From NCBI GenBank assembly GCA_951406725.2, contig OX597830.1, forward strand, positions 17,856,001-17,920,000: DNA of 64,000 bases. Reading direction: 5' to 3'. The first letter of the stretch is position 1. Every line of letters begins with the position of its first letter. This document shows positions 1 through 12,926 of this stretch, in pieces. Position numbers and translations under genes: made by a program. Under the pieces are notes generated by a model. That model was not told where the DNA came from. It did not search any database and was given only the letters and a program-made list of their open reading frames with translations. The stretch comes from Octopus vulgaris (taxonomy: Eukaryota).

Positions 1-386
1 CAACTAACGAAAAAGAAATTGATGAATCCAAACACGAAATGAAGTGACACATTTCCCCTTCACTTTGTCTATATATACCGATTCAAGTAAAAGGTTTTTT
101 CCGCTTTTTAAAAATTTATGCATGTATTCGTCCGAATGGATCCTAGTGAATATGAACGATAATGAAAGGTTTGAGAACTGAAACATTGCAAGTTCTCGAC
201 TTAGCGTTAAACATCTCAAGAAATTTATGCATTCATTTTGGATAATTTCTATTTCCGTTCTCACCCCCAAGACTTTATTTAATAGGGCTGTATAGTTACT
301 CTGTGGATGAGTTGAACCCACTGCACACGAATATTTTCTTTTCTTCGTTGTTAATAAAGTTGTGATGTAAATTATTATTTTTATTA

Positions 387-387
<1 letters not shown>

Positions 388-436
<49 letters not shown>

Positions 437-510
437 CATTATTATTATTATTATTATTATCATTATTATTATTATTATTATTATTATCATTATTATTATT
501 ATTATTATTA

Positions 511-592
<82 letters not shown>

Positions 593-595
593 TAC

Positions 596-672
<77 letters not shown>
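388..672. repeat. (ATT)n microsatellite
   Basis: Near-perfect ATT/ATC trinucleotide run. Confidence 0.97.
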
Positions 673-1894
673 GTTTTATTTCACATGGGGCATATCACAG
701 TTATCAAAGAGGCGTACGAGTAGAGGAAGGTAACTTATTTGTATCTTGCCAAGATCACGTAAACTTTGAATCTCCTTTATTGGAAAAGAAAGGGCATACA
801 GCACCATAGGTACCATCTTTTAAACTCAGCACTAAAGTACAACTAAGGAGGAAAAGTGCAAGCCCATTTTATCCCAAAACATATGGGTAGAAAAAATACA
901 AGGGTTACAGTCACGGACATTTGTGACGGCCTGGACTTCTGGTTTGTCAATTTCATAGCACAATAAGGCAGGTAGTCAGTACCGAAGTAACTTACAGAGA
1001 TATGAGTTCATACAAATCTTCATGACACAACAAAACCATAAAATAATACTAATACTGTACCCTGTAGCAAAAATAAACCATCCAGATTTCGGTCCTGAGG
1101 TGACACTAGACAGAATCCTGAAGTCGGCAAAGGATTGCGCTATTTTCAATATTGCAAACGAATCTTGAAATTCCAAAACCCTTTTCTCCAGGCTTCAACT
1201 GGCGGACACAATGAGAGACACACACAGCAGCAACAACAATAACAACAAGGAGAAATAGACAACCAGAAAGCACCTCCTCTGAACGGCACCACTCTATCTA
1301 CTTATGAAAATGCAGACATGGGAGAGGCCGAAATGAATAGGAGGACTTTTTTGAAAAAACGGAAGATCTAAAGAAAACAACCAGAAAAAGTAATAAAGTG
1401 CGAAAAGGGTGCTTTGAAGAGGAATGACTCACCGCTGAGGAAGAACTCATTTCTTATGAAGGGGCGGTCATATCTTGTGAGTAAAAGCCAGCTTCCTTCC
1501 TCGTATAAGACACAGCGAAATGAAATCCATAGTCCTTCGCATGACTGACATAGATCTAATAAGACACTTATATGAAATACACAAGAAAGTTCCGCACACA
1601 CTGTAGATATGAAAATAAATGAGATCACATTTAAACAGCTTAATAACAGAATATTAGTACAATTTTCGGCCAGACATTATGGAGGCATATATGTCAACGA
1701 CCGACAAGACTCGGGCAGAGCTTCTCATGGAAGATTCTGGAATCTCCATCAATGAACAATACATGGAGGAAGTAAAGAGGTTACTGAATCAAATGGACTC
1801 ATCTACAACAATGCGAAGAAGCGCATTGTCACTAACGGGGTCTAACAACATCCGATAGAGTGATATACTTCATTTGCCAATATACATCGTTATA

Positions 1895-2113
1895 CGAGGG
1901 GGACGGGGTGAAAAGTTCCTTAATTTGGGTAAAAGAAAATACAGGAAGATCAGTTAATTATGATTTTATTCAACTTATACAGCTTTCAGATTCAAACTTA
2001 TTGCAGCGGTCCTTCAGTTTTGGGGGAAGGGTTTAATCCCTGTAAAGGAACTCGGAAGGTTGGGCCTCCAATCTAGCCTTTCGCGATACCAAGGAACTTC
2101 TCAGCACCCCTCG
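1895..2113 (+). mobile_element. Mariner-type MITE (family M1)
   Basis: TA-CGAGGGGG..GTGAAAAGTTCCT and AGGAACTTCTCAGCACCCCTCG-TA imperfect TIRs with TA TSD; other copies at 9885-10108 and about 33115-33263. Confidence 0.8.
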
Positions 2114-2474
2114 TACATCAATTCAATTTATTTTGAGTTTTTCCTCATATTTAGTTATCACTTTATTTACACATTTACAAAAAGAGATAGGTTGGGACCT
2201 CATTATTCTAGAAGTTCGCCCATGCACAAAGCGTTGTCAGCAACGATTGGTACACCAATTCGATATCACAGCCAAAACTCAGACGTAACCTTGCTTGTTC
2301 CTTCTGATATCTTCGTAACGTTAACGTAGATGAAAGCCTTCTTCGATTTACTGTTGTCGCCGATAATTTCCACTGTCACAGGTTCAAATCCATTCATAGA
2401 TGTATTATCATGGATTTGCATATTTTTATTCTTTATTTTCATTTTCATTTTTATTCCTTTTTTTTACTATTTAT

Positions 2475-2847
2475 CTTTTACTTGTTTCAGTCATTGGACT
2501 GCAACCATACTGGTGCACCGCATTAAAGGGTTTAATCAAACAAATCGCCCCTAGTATATTTTTTTGTAAAGCTTGGTATTTATTCTATCGGACTCTTTTT
2601 GCCGAACCGCTTGCCATCGGTTGTCAAGTAGTTATGGAGAACAAATGCAGATTCAATCACACAAACACACACGTGTGTGCGCGTGTGTGTTGTGTCGGGC
2701 GTGACGGGCTTCTTTCAGTTTCTCTTAATCAACTCGCAAGGCTTTGGTTGGCCTGCTATATAGTCCCAGGGTGCCACACCATGGGACTGAAACCAGAACC
2801 ATATGGTTGAGAAGCAATTTTCTGACTACACAGACACGCCTGCGCCT
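2475..2847 (-). mobile_element. tRNA-derived SINE family A, diverged copy
   Basis: Matches the family A copies at 17202, 45702 and 61962 (tail GACTGAAACAAGTAAAAGA; head AGGCGCAGGCGTG). Confidence 0.8.
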
Positions 2848-3659
2848 AAAACTGAAAATATACGTCTCTAGTTAGAATTGAACTATTAACCTTCAGTTTA
2901 ACAGTCGACTGCACTACTTATCCATACAACTATCATCATGATTGCTAACTGCTGTCAGGGATCCCATTAATAATGCATGGCCAACCAAACAATGCAAAAT
3001 AAAGTTGCCTCAGTAAGCATATATAACGCTTTTACATACATATGTAAGTATGGTTAGTATATATGTATATTGAGACAATAAATCGCTCAACTTCAAAGCC
3101 AACTAGACAGTGTATTTGTAATTTATATCTGTTATTCCACTGTGGTCGAACGTGTAACATGATACACTATTGGTAAGTACTGATTCACTCAAAACACCGC
3201 TTACTATTATGGTCATACTTAGAATAAGTAAAATTATATCTGTCAATTGATAAACGCTTCCAATCCGCTAATGATATTGAAATATAAATTAACCTGTCTA
3301 TTTACCTTCTTATTGAGATTCTAAATGTTGCTCCCTCCTACTTCGGTCCAATGTAATTTTTTTAAGTGAAATAATCTTTTTTTTACGTATTACATTTCTC
3401 TGCTCGGTTATAGATACACAACTGTTAACGCAACCATCTAATGTACATGTAATATGCATTACATAATGCGCATGACTATTCTCATCTTTGTGTATATATA
3501 TATATATTTAAATAGGTGAATGAACTATCCTATGTTTATCGTCAGCAGGGAAAATTCGTTGAACCGAAACCAGGGTAGCAAATTCACGTCAGAAACACAG
3601 TTGAAGCAACCTGTCCAAGGGTAGAAACTCCGGGTTCATGAGCAGAAATTTGTGTGTTA

Positions 3660-4173
3660 TTTATATATATAAAACTGTAGTTGTGTGAGTGTCTGTCCCC
3701 TTCGATTTAGATTCCTAACTACTCCCACATTTTGCGGTGCAGTTTAACCGAATTCGGGCATCTTATAGTCGTGATTAATATCGAGCCCGTCTGGCTATTA
3801 GCGCGCGTCTATGATGAGTCTACGATTTTAAAAATAATTTAACATCATTTTTTTATTCCATTTTAATGCATAATTTTTCGTGTGTCGATGGCGGCGGAGT
3901 TGGCGTCCATGGTCACACCTGCACCTGTTTGCTTCTCCCCCTTCTTCCCTCCCTCGTGAAGCTGTGGGGAAGGGAGTGTAAGGAAATCAACGTTGTAAAG
4001 CGTTGTCAAGGAGACCAGCGTTCTTTTAGAACAACGACTTCATGGCTTGAAGACACCAAAACAGAAATGGCTAAGAAAGCCCGAATTGGCATCTATAAGG
4101 GAAGTAACTCTCTAAAAATGCTTATATAGTTATTTCCCATACAAACCCGAGCAACGCCGGGCGATACTGCTAG
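3660..4173 (+). mobile_element. Non-autonomous Helitron
   Basis: 5' T(T)TATATATATAAAA start; 3' GC-rich hairpin CCCGAGCAACGCCGGG followed by CTAG (4170-4173); inserted between A and T; 5' part also at 49016-49145. Confidence 0.85.
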
Positions 4174-4228
4174 TATATGAATAAATGAAAGAATGGAGTC
4201 GAACGAAGATGTTAACAAAATTCCTTTA

Positions 4229-4310
4229 CTCTTGACATATGTTTCGAAGACAACATGGTTTCATTCCAAAGGAATAAAGGGTGCATTATGCAATCTTCTC
4301 ATCAGGAAAG
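4229..4310 (-). ncRNA. Type I hammerhead ribozyme motif
   Basis: CUUUC-CUGAUGA-GAAGA...UCUUC-GAAA-CAUAUG-UC-AAGAG; palindromic stem III; one mismatch in stem I. Confidence 0.75.
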
Positions 4311-4735
4311 AAAGGGAGCCTCTCTCGACAACAAGACAAGCAAAAATTTCGATGACTGCCTACAAGTGGAGAGGGAAGGGTACGTTGATTGAAAGAATGT
4401 TCGAAGGCTTAGGAAAGAATTTCACAATTGAAGTGGAGTGCACGTTAAGCTAATTGTTCAAACCACAGTGACTATCGTTATCATTTATATGAGTAAAAAG
4501 TATGTTTCTGCCAGTGTTTACATTTCCTAAGCCTTCGAACATTCTTTCAATCAACGTACCCTTCCCTCTCCACTTGTTCCCTACCTATTATTCCTTTAAC
4601 CCTTCTCTTCCTACTATCTATCTTTGACGTCAATTCTTCTAACGGTTTTTTTAAGAACACTCATTATCGTTTTGTTTACCATGTAGGCAGTCATCGAAAT
4701 TTTTGCTTGTCTTGTTGTCGAGAGAGGCTCCCTTT

Positions 4736-4817
4736 CTTTCCTGGTGAGAAGATTGCATAATGCACCCTTTATTCCTTTGGAATGAAATCATGTTGTCTTC
4801 GAAACATATGTCGAGAG
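4736..4817 (+). ncRNA. Type I hammerhead motif, mirror copy with mutated core (CUGGUGA)
   Basis: CUUUC-CUGGUGA-GAAGA...UCUUC-GAAA-CAUAUG-UC-GAGAG. Confidence 0.65.
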
Positions 4818-4864
4818 TAAAGGAATTTTGTTAACATCTTCGTTCGACTCCATTCTTTCATTTA

Positions 4865-4909
<45 letters not shown>

Positions 4910-4995
4910 TTTGGTCATTTTTACGTTGAAACAATTGTAAACCATGGAATAAATGTAATGCCCGATACTCCATTTTTCACTTATTTATTTATACA

Positions 4996-5200
4996 AAGGC
5001 GGCGAGCTGGCAGAATTATTAGCACGATGGACGTAACGGTTAGCGGTATTCGCGCGTCGCAACGTTATGAGTTCATATTCCGCCGAGGTCGACTTTGTCT
5101 TTTTTCCTTTCGGAGTCGATAAATTAAGTACCAGTGAAACACTGGGGTCGATGTAATCGACTTAATTCCCTCTCCCAAGCTGTCCTTGCGGAGAAAATTT
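4996..5200 (+). mobile_element. tRNA-derived SINE family B, diverged monomer
   Basis: AAGGCGGCGAGCTGGCAGAA head and GCCGAGGTCGACTTTG...GTCGATAAATTAAGTACCAG body shared with other B copies. Confidence 0.85.
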
Positions 5201-5659
5201 CAAATCATTATTTATTTATACATACACGCACACATCCATACACAGATGCATACGTTGTGGGGCAGTTAACTCCCCTGTCAGTACATAGACTGGTGCTATA
5301 CATACGCATATATATATACATACATATAGGTTCTCCTATCGCACCTACACTCGCATATATATAAACATAAGCATATCCGCATAAATAAAGGGTACGTGTG
5401 CATGAAAGTCGCACTTATGCACCGGACACAGTCTTACACTCATATACATATATATACGCATACATATATATACACACGCACACATACATATAAAAAATAT
5501 ATACATACATATACATATACTCACACACGTACGCATTCACACAATTAAAAAGGAAAGAAATGAAAATATATATATAAAAAATTAAAAATGTTAAGACATA
5601 TGGAAAGCTTGTGCCTGGAACATAGAAAAATGCGGACTCTATCCGTGATCTTGGGGGGC

Positions 5660-7780
5660 TCAAAACAGTAACAGGTATTTTGTCATATATGGACATGATC
5701 CAAAAAGTTCAGTTCTTGAATTTAGACATGTAGCGGGGTCCAAGGAACTTTTCCTGATGAGCCATTTTTCCATATTACAAAGACCATACTTGCCACTACC
5801 GTTGGTATAAGGTTTACACTTGGCCAAGATCTTCCAGTAAATCCTATAGCTGACATCTTGTTCTTTTAAGAACCATATATGATTGGATAATTTGTTAGTT
5901 TCTCATTTATCCCAGTGTCTGAAGCTGAAGGTGTGATTGTTGAACTTTGCTTTGAAATCCCCTCATGAGACCCACATATCTCTTTGACGAAACTGTGTTA
6001 TTAGTGTTCGTAGAACTTACGATGGCTTCATTAATAATGTCCTCGGTTATACAGGCTCCATTTAGCGGGCACAAGGTCTTTATCCCTGCAGGAACAGCCG
6101 ACTTTGAGTTGTTGTTTTGCATGTTTTTAAAATTTGAGGTTGAGCTAAACTAATTTTTAGGTTATGCCTATTAAAGAGTTTCCTATATTTATGATGTATT
6201 GGAAAATGTCTATCTATAAGTGACAAAAACTATTTACCTATATTAAAGGTCACTTCGAGGGAGTAAGGGTGTGTGAACCAGATAACTTTCCTGTGTCTAT
6301 GTTTTCTTTTCTTTATTTCTAATAGCAGTTGTGTAAGCTATTTCCTCTTTAAATCCACTAGCTTTAAGGCCTTTGTTATATAATGGGGCAGCATTATTAA
6401 ATATGTTTATATTGGAGGAGAGGCTAGAAATTCTCCTAATATTCTTAACTAAATTCTTAAAAAATGTGGGGGCGGACAGGAACTTGCATTAATGTAAATA
6501 ACTCTATCGTTGGGCTTTCTATAGGGTTTGTAAATAGTCTTTTGTAAATCTAGAAACACGTCAAAGAAATTGACAACCGTCAGGTTGGTATCTATTGTTA
6601 TGTTAAGATCGAATGTTTTCATAAGATGGATAATATCTTTCTTTAACCGATCTTGCGCTGGTCTATTGGTATTCTTAGCTAAAGCTAGAGCATCATCCCT
6701 ATAAATAGCGAAATATACACCAGGAAAAGCTTTTCCTAACGTGTCAAGCAGGAATAGCCCAATGAGATTGCATATGCCTGCTCAATCATATGACCCCATG
6801 CTCACATCGGAAGAATCCTCTGTGTCAGCTGTCTTGACCTATTCTGTGTTCTCGCTGAAGAGTAAGGTCTTTCTAGCATGGAGGATTATATCTTTATCTT
6901 ACTCTTTTACTTGTTTCAGTCATTTGACTGCGGCCATGCTGGAGCACCGCCTTTAGTCGAGCAATTCGACCCCGGGACTTATTCTTTGTAAGCCCAGTAC
7001 TTATTCTATCGGTCTCTTTTGCCGAACCGCTAAGTGACGGGGACGTAAACACACCAGCATCGGTTGTCAAGCCATGCTAGGGGGACAAACACAGACACAC
7101 AAACACACACACACATATATATATACATATATACGACAGGCTTCTTTCAGTTTCCGTCTACCAAATCCACTAACAAGGCATTGGTCGGCCCGGGGCTATA
7201 GCAGAAGACACTTGCCCAAGATGCCACGTAGTGAGACTGAACCCGGAACCATGTGGTTGGTTAGCAATCTACTTACCACACAGCCACTCCTGTTCACTAA
7301 TCCCTGTAAAATCGCTTGCGAAAGTGAGGGCTTTTTCTAGCAGTTTTCTAGAAATAGATGCATAGAAATCTACAATATCAAATTGTGTAAATGTTGCTTT
7401 ATTCTTATTTCTAATTGCTTTAAACCAGTTAACAACTTCTAAACTATTGGAACATTATACTAAATTAGTTGCCCCTCTAACTTTAGCATTGATTTTTCTT
7501 AAAATGTCCTTACTAATTATACCAATTTCTTATTTTGCAGGGTTATTTAGTCTGCATTTAGGATTAGATAGGAAGTTCTTTTTGTGGTCCTTCATAGTTA
7601 TAAAGGCCTCTTTTTTTTTTGGAAGGATCTCTATTTATTTTTATCTAATTTAAACCTAGCTGCGATGATACTAGCTTCTTTATTAATGTCGTTCTAAACG
7701 TGCGGTCTAGCTTTAGTGCAATTACTAATAACATTTTTATGTAGGAGTTGTGAGTATGTGATGTTGTCTACAACGTATAA
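5660..7780 (-). mobile_element. Decayed Penelope-like retroelement, RT plus C-terminal GIY-YIG endonuclease, Hydra-clade-like
   Basis: Manual translation gives AFITMKDHKKNFLSNPKCRL, FTQFDIVDFYASIS, DVSMGSYD, IYRDDAL, YKPYRKPND, CSCRDKTLCPLNGAC (CxCx5Cx5C), RYVGL, LSNHIWFLKE; many stops and frameshifts; interrupted by a SINE. Confidence 0.88.
6899..7292 (-). mobile_element. SINE family A nested in the Penelope-like RT
   Basis: Nearly full family A sequence; the RT frame (..ISEQ|DKDIILHARK..) resumes across it. Confidence 0.92.
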
Positions 7781-7781
7781 G

Positions 7782-8048
7782 CAGTGGCAGATCTACTATA
7801 AAACTAATGAAGCTTAAGCTTCAGGGCCCCTAATACTCGAGGGGCCCCTCTGATCAACTTAATTTTATTTCATTCTGTCAATATTTTGCTTTTTCTATTT
7901 TGCCTTGCAGACATGGCCGATAAAACGAAATAGACTGAGAAAAAAGTTTTGTCTTTACACCAGTCTCCTAAAAATGACAAAGTAAAAAAACATGTATGTA
8001 TATGTATGTATGTATATGTATGCATGTGTATGTATGTATATGTATGTA

Positions 8049-8084
<36 letters not shown>

Positions 8085-8180
8085 TGTATGTATGTATGTA
8101 TGTATGTATGTATGTATGTATGTATATGTATGTATATGTATGTATATGTATGTATGTATATGTATGTATATATATATGTA

Positions 8181-8213
<33 letters not shown>

Positions 8214-9225
8214 ATGTATGTATATGTATATGTATATATGTATATATATGTATGTATATGTATGTATATGTATGTATGTATATGTATGTATATGTATGTA
8301 TATGTATGTATGTATATGTATGTATATGTATGTATGTATATGTATGTATGTGTATGTATATGTATGTATATGTATGTATATGTATGTGTATATATGTATA
8401 TGTATGTTTATGTATGTATGTATATGTATGTATGTATGTATGTATGTATATGTATGTATGTATATGTATGTGTATGTATGTATATGTATGTATATGTATG
8501 TGTATGTATGTATGTATGTATGTATGTGTATGTATGTATGTATGTATGTATGTATGTATGTATGTATGTATGTATGTGTATGTGTGTATGTATGTATGAA
8601 TGTACGATTACATGAATGTATGTGCGTTTGTGTGTGTGAATATATATCGCGATAACTAGAAATAAACAGAAAAAAGTTTTATTCTCTCTAGTTTAAGTTC
8701 CATTTCAGTCTCCAAGTGCAACATGGTTCCAGGGAAGTGACAGAGAAAAGTAAAAAAAACATGCACGTATGTAATGTGTGTGTATGTATGCATATATGTA
8801 TGGCAAACTGGCCCGTAACAATTGATAATGGGTTTATGCAAAACTGTTTAATGCAAAACAGTTTGTTTTTTTTTCAAAATAAAAAACAGATAATGTATAT
8901 ACTGAATCCAACAAGATTTACAAAGAGCAAAACCGAAGTTTCTCAAACAAGAATTTTGAAAAAAGATTGAAAAATGGTCAGACTGTGATGAGATCCTGAT
9001 TAGTTTATTCAAAGAGCAAAGGCTCTTTTCGTTTGCAAACTCTTTTCTAAATGCCAAGTATCACTTACAACGGATGGGTTTTCTGATTGGATGAATATAC
9101 TCAGAACTCTAGAAAATCATGAAGACAACTTGGAACATAAAAGGACGATGTTGAGCTGCCTAACACGAAAATCAAATAAAAACCCTGTGGATCAGCAACT
9201 TGGGGAACAGTTGAAAAAATATGCA
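7782..9225 (+). mobile_element. hAT transposon 5' fragment (TTF zinc finger / ZMYM1-like transposase N-terminus)
   Basis: CAGTGGCAGATCTAC terminus with GGGCCCC subterminal motifs; 8800-9225 translates with breaks to RSFSNKNF..LVYSKSKGS.FVCKLF..DGFSDWMNILRTLENHEDNLEHK. Confidence 0.75.
7993..8600. repeat. Compound (TATG)n/(TA)n microsatellite
   Basis: About 600 bp of TATG/TATATG units. Confidence 0.97.
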
Positions 9226-9239
9226 GCACCCTCTGATCC

Positions 9240-9786
9240 TCGCAGTTTGGTTGGAGAGGATGCTTGAATTTGTTCGAAAGCTTCGTAGCGCGGTCTTTCC
9301 TCTTGTCCTTGAGGGCTTGGGATAAAAATTGGCCCTTTCTCATCTTGTATGAGGAATACCGTATGTCTTCATGCACTACCTGCCTGATAAGAAACTCAGA
9401 CATTCCCATACCCCTGACGATGGGTTTGATTGACTTGGAGGGATCATTGTCAATCATGGCCTGGATCTCACCAACAAATTCAGGAGTTCTGTTCTTATCA
9501 GAATGATCAGAGTGAGTTTTCCGAGCTGCCGTCCCTTCGCAGTCACCATTAGACTCATCCAACTCTTTCTGAATCATCTGCACTGCCCTAAGATTGACAC
9601 CCAAACACTCTGAAATATTTGTAAGTCATTTTCAAATTTCTTGAAGAGTGAATTACATCATGGTGCTGTTTTTCTCATAGACGGTGCCCAACTGACCCTA
9701 CTAAAGCGTGTAGTCGACAAAATCAAAAAGCAAACAATACGCATGCGTGAAATTAAAAATATAAAATGGTGACAATTTACTCATCG

Positions 9787-9791
<5 letters not shown>
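9240..9791 (-). mobile_element. Tc1/mariner superfamily (maT/DD37D-like) transposon 5' fragment
   Basis: ORF 9101-9604 contains RTPEFVGEIQAMIDNDPSKSIK..GMSEFLIRQVVHEDIRYSSYKMRKGQFLS (HTH region); terminus AGTGCGATGAGTAAATTGTCACC abuts (TA)n. Confidence 0.8.
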
Positions 9792-9834
<43 letters not shown>

Positions 9835-9852
9835 AGAGAGAGAGAGAGAGAG

Positions 9853-9884
<32 letters not shown>

Positions 9885-9885
<1 letters not shown>

Positions 9886-10108
9886 AGAGGATGGTACTGA
9901 AAAGTTCCTGGATTTTAGATACCGCGAAAGCCCTGGTTGGAAGCCCAACCTTCCACGTTCTTTTACAGGGCTTAGAAAACCTGAAGGACCGTTGCAATAA
10001 GTATGTGAATCTGAGAAGGGAATAAGGCTTGATAAAATCGTAGTTAACTGATCTAACTGTATTTTCTTTTACCCAAAGCCAGCAACTTTTCTGCGCCCCC
10101 CCCCCCTG
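9885..10108 (-). mobile_element. Mariner-type MITE (family M1), second copy
   Basis: Reverse-complement homologue of 1895-2113 with TIRs, in TA context. Confidence 0.8.
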
Positions 10109-10533
10109 TATATACACATATGCGTGTGAAAGAGAGAGAGAAAGAGAGAGAGAGATAGTGATAAAGAGAGAGAGAGAGAGAGAGAGGGTGGTTGTGTCTG
10201 CGCGTACATGCATGGTGGTAACCGAGCTAGTGAAACAGCTTTGCAGAAAGTCATACAAAACTTCGTGTCACGAAATATCAACCTAACTCTCTGTATCGAC
10301 TAACGAAAAGAACCAGACAAGGAGATTAGTGTTGATTGTTGGGGGCCACACGGCAACGCGACTATTCATGTCTGCACGCCTGGAAGACTTGTATAAATAG
10401 GATATTAATACATAATCCCATTTATTAATCCATTGTCATCAGTAGTTCATATTTATTTCCCATTGAAATCTGTTTATTCCTGCTTTGCCTTTCCTTCTCT
10501 ATAACTGTGTCTATACAAACATACACGCATACA

Positions 10534-10534
<1 letters not shown>

Positions 10535-10602
<68 letters not shown>

Positions 10603-10615
10603 GTCTGTCTATCTG

Positions 10616-10654
<39 letters not shown>

Positions 10655-10659
10655 GTCTC

Positions 10660-10700
<41 letters not shown>

Positions 10701-10867
10701 GTCTATATATCTATCTATCATCTATCTATCTGTCTGTCTGTCTGTCTGTCTATCTGTCTATCTATCTGTCTATCTATCTATCTATCTATCTTTGTCTATA
10801 TATCTATCTATCATCTATCTATCTGTCTGTCTGTCTGTCTATCTGTCTATCTATCTGTCTATCTATC

Positions 10868-10928
<61 letters not shown>

Positions 10929-10970
10929 GTCTATTCCTCTTTCTATCTATCCCTGTCTGTCTATCTGTCT
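10535..10970. repeat. (TATC)n/(TGTC)n microsatellite
   Basis: Tetranucleotide run. Confidence 0.97.
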
Positions 10971-11189
10971 GTATGTATGTATGCTTGTCTCTTTGTTTGC
11001 CTGTCCGCCAGTCCGTCCATCCTTCCTTAAGTACGTGTGTGTGTTTGTGTGTGCGTATCTTTTATCTTGTTTCAATCGGACTCTTTTTGCCGAACCGCTA
11101 GTCACGGGGACGAAAAGAAAGCAATACTTTTGTCAAGCGGTGTGAATGGGATCAAACACAAGACACTCAAACACATTGGCATGTGTGTA

Positions 11190-11261
<72 letters not shown>

Positions 11262-12526
11262 ATAGTCTTTTGGTTTCCGCCAACGAAATCCATTCATAAT
11301 GTCATAGAAAATATTTGCTCAGAGTGGGACTGTACCCGGAATCGTGTAGTTAGGAAATAAACCATTCTTAGCACACAAATACACCTGATACATACATACA
11401 TACATACATACATACATACATACATACATACATACATACATACATACATACATACATACATACTACGTGTACATTTGTGACTGAAACAAAAACAACAGAC
11501 ACCAGTTAGGAGAATCGAACCACGCATCTAAAGCTTGCCAGACAATCGTACTAACTATTACCTCATGTGGATTCTGAACGAATTTCGTAGCCGAAATGAT
11601 AAATATCTGCTTCATAATCTAATTTTCTCGCATGTTCTATGAGACAGGCATATAGTTAAGCAATATCTGCTACCGATGGTTAAATACTCCTTAAATTATT
11701 TGCGATTCTCGTGGAAGATGAGAGAAAATTAACTGGTTGTTTACACAATGACGTTCGTTAGACTGCTAGTTCAATTTTCATGGTAATATCTATCTTCTGC
11801 CTAAAACCGCACTTGAAGATGTCTCGCGTGGTGTGTGGTGTGTGTGTGTGTGTGTGTGTGTGTTAGCTTGAGTAGTCATTGGAATATAACTCAAAATGGA
11901 GAGAGAGTGTGTGTGTATGAAAGAGAGAGAGAAGATGGGCGAGGGAAAAACGAGGACAGAGAGAGAGATGGGGTGAGAGAGAGAAAAACGAAGATGAGGA
12001 CAGATGTAGAGGGGCGAACTGATAGAGAGAAATAAAGAATGAAAGGATGACGAAGAGAAAGACTGAGTTAGTGAAAGAGAGGGGGAGGAGGAGAGAGAGA
12101 ATGGAGGAGCGATCGTCTGCTTAATGCTAGTAAAACTTTGATAAGCTTCTCATCTCCACAGGATATTTTCCTCTCTCAGTAGTTAGATGGAAATGTAAAA
12201 TGTATGGAACATACAACGTATAAACTAAACTTGTTCGATATAACTTTTCAGCTAAGAATCGTTGAGTATGTGCAATCAATATATAACTACAAAGAAGTTC
12301 GGTGACTTATCCGATAATCGCTTGCTCTATCATTGATCAAATATTCACAACGCTTATACGTATATAGTAATATACATACAGACCGAGGCGAAATTTAAAT
12401 ATATGAGCACAATCACAAATACGTGTGTGTGTATGTGTGTGTGTGTTCGTTTGCATGTATGTTTGCGAGTATTTCCCTCTAAGTGTGTGTGTATGTTCGT
12501 TTGCATATATTTTTGAAAGTATTTCC

Positions 12527-12559
<33 letters not shown>

Positions 12560-12716
12560 CGTTTGCATATATGTTTGCAAGTGTTTCCCTCTGTGTGTGT
12601 GTATGTGTGTGTGTGTAAGTGTAAGTGTGTGTTTATATATATTTCTTTATTATAAGATGGGAAAATAGAGAGGTAACAAATAAATTATTATTTATTAATT
12701 AAAAAATTGACAAATG

Positions 12717-12798
12717 TCCCTTACAGCTGTTTCGATTTCAGACCTTCAGAAAATTAATAAAATTAAAAATTATTTGTAAGTCGATTCTCTTCAGAGGT
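12717..12798 (-). ncRNA. Type I hammerhead ribozyme motif
   Basis: CCU-CUGAAGA-GAAUCGAC...GUCUGAAAUC-GAAA-CAGCUG-UA-AGG; palindromic stem III, imperfect stem II. Confidence 0.65.
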
Positions 12799-12867
12799 AG
12801 TTTAAGATATACAAAATATGTATTCAATTCCTACATGCTGAGTAAACGGTTGCAAACCGTTAACACA

Positions 12868-12924
<57 letters not shown>

Positions 12925-12926
<2 letters not shown>

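Larger units (their letters stand above)
4176..4870. mobile_element. Long inverted-repeat non-coding element carrying hammerhead motifs (Penelope pLTR-like)
   Basis: 4176-4363 is the reverse complement of 4682-4870 and about 4363-4416 of 4523-4576; abuts (TA)n; terminal fragment also at 61198-61252. Confidence 0.8.

Noticed and set aside
4-321. 105-aa minus-strand ORF at the window edge
   Set aside because: No recognisable domain, non-ATG start, adjoins a microsatellite
7949-8655. ORFs over 200 aa such as MYVCMYVC.., and similar YIYI, LSIY and HTHT ORFs across the window
   Set aside because: Stop-free translations of di- and tetranucleotide microsatellites
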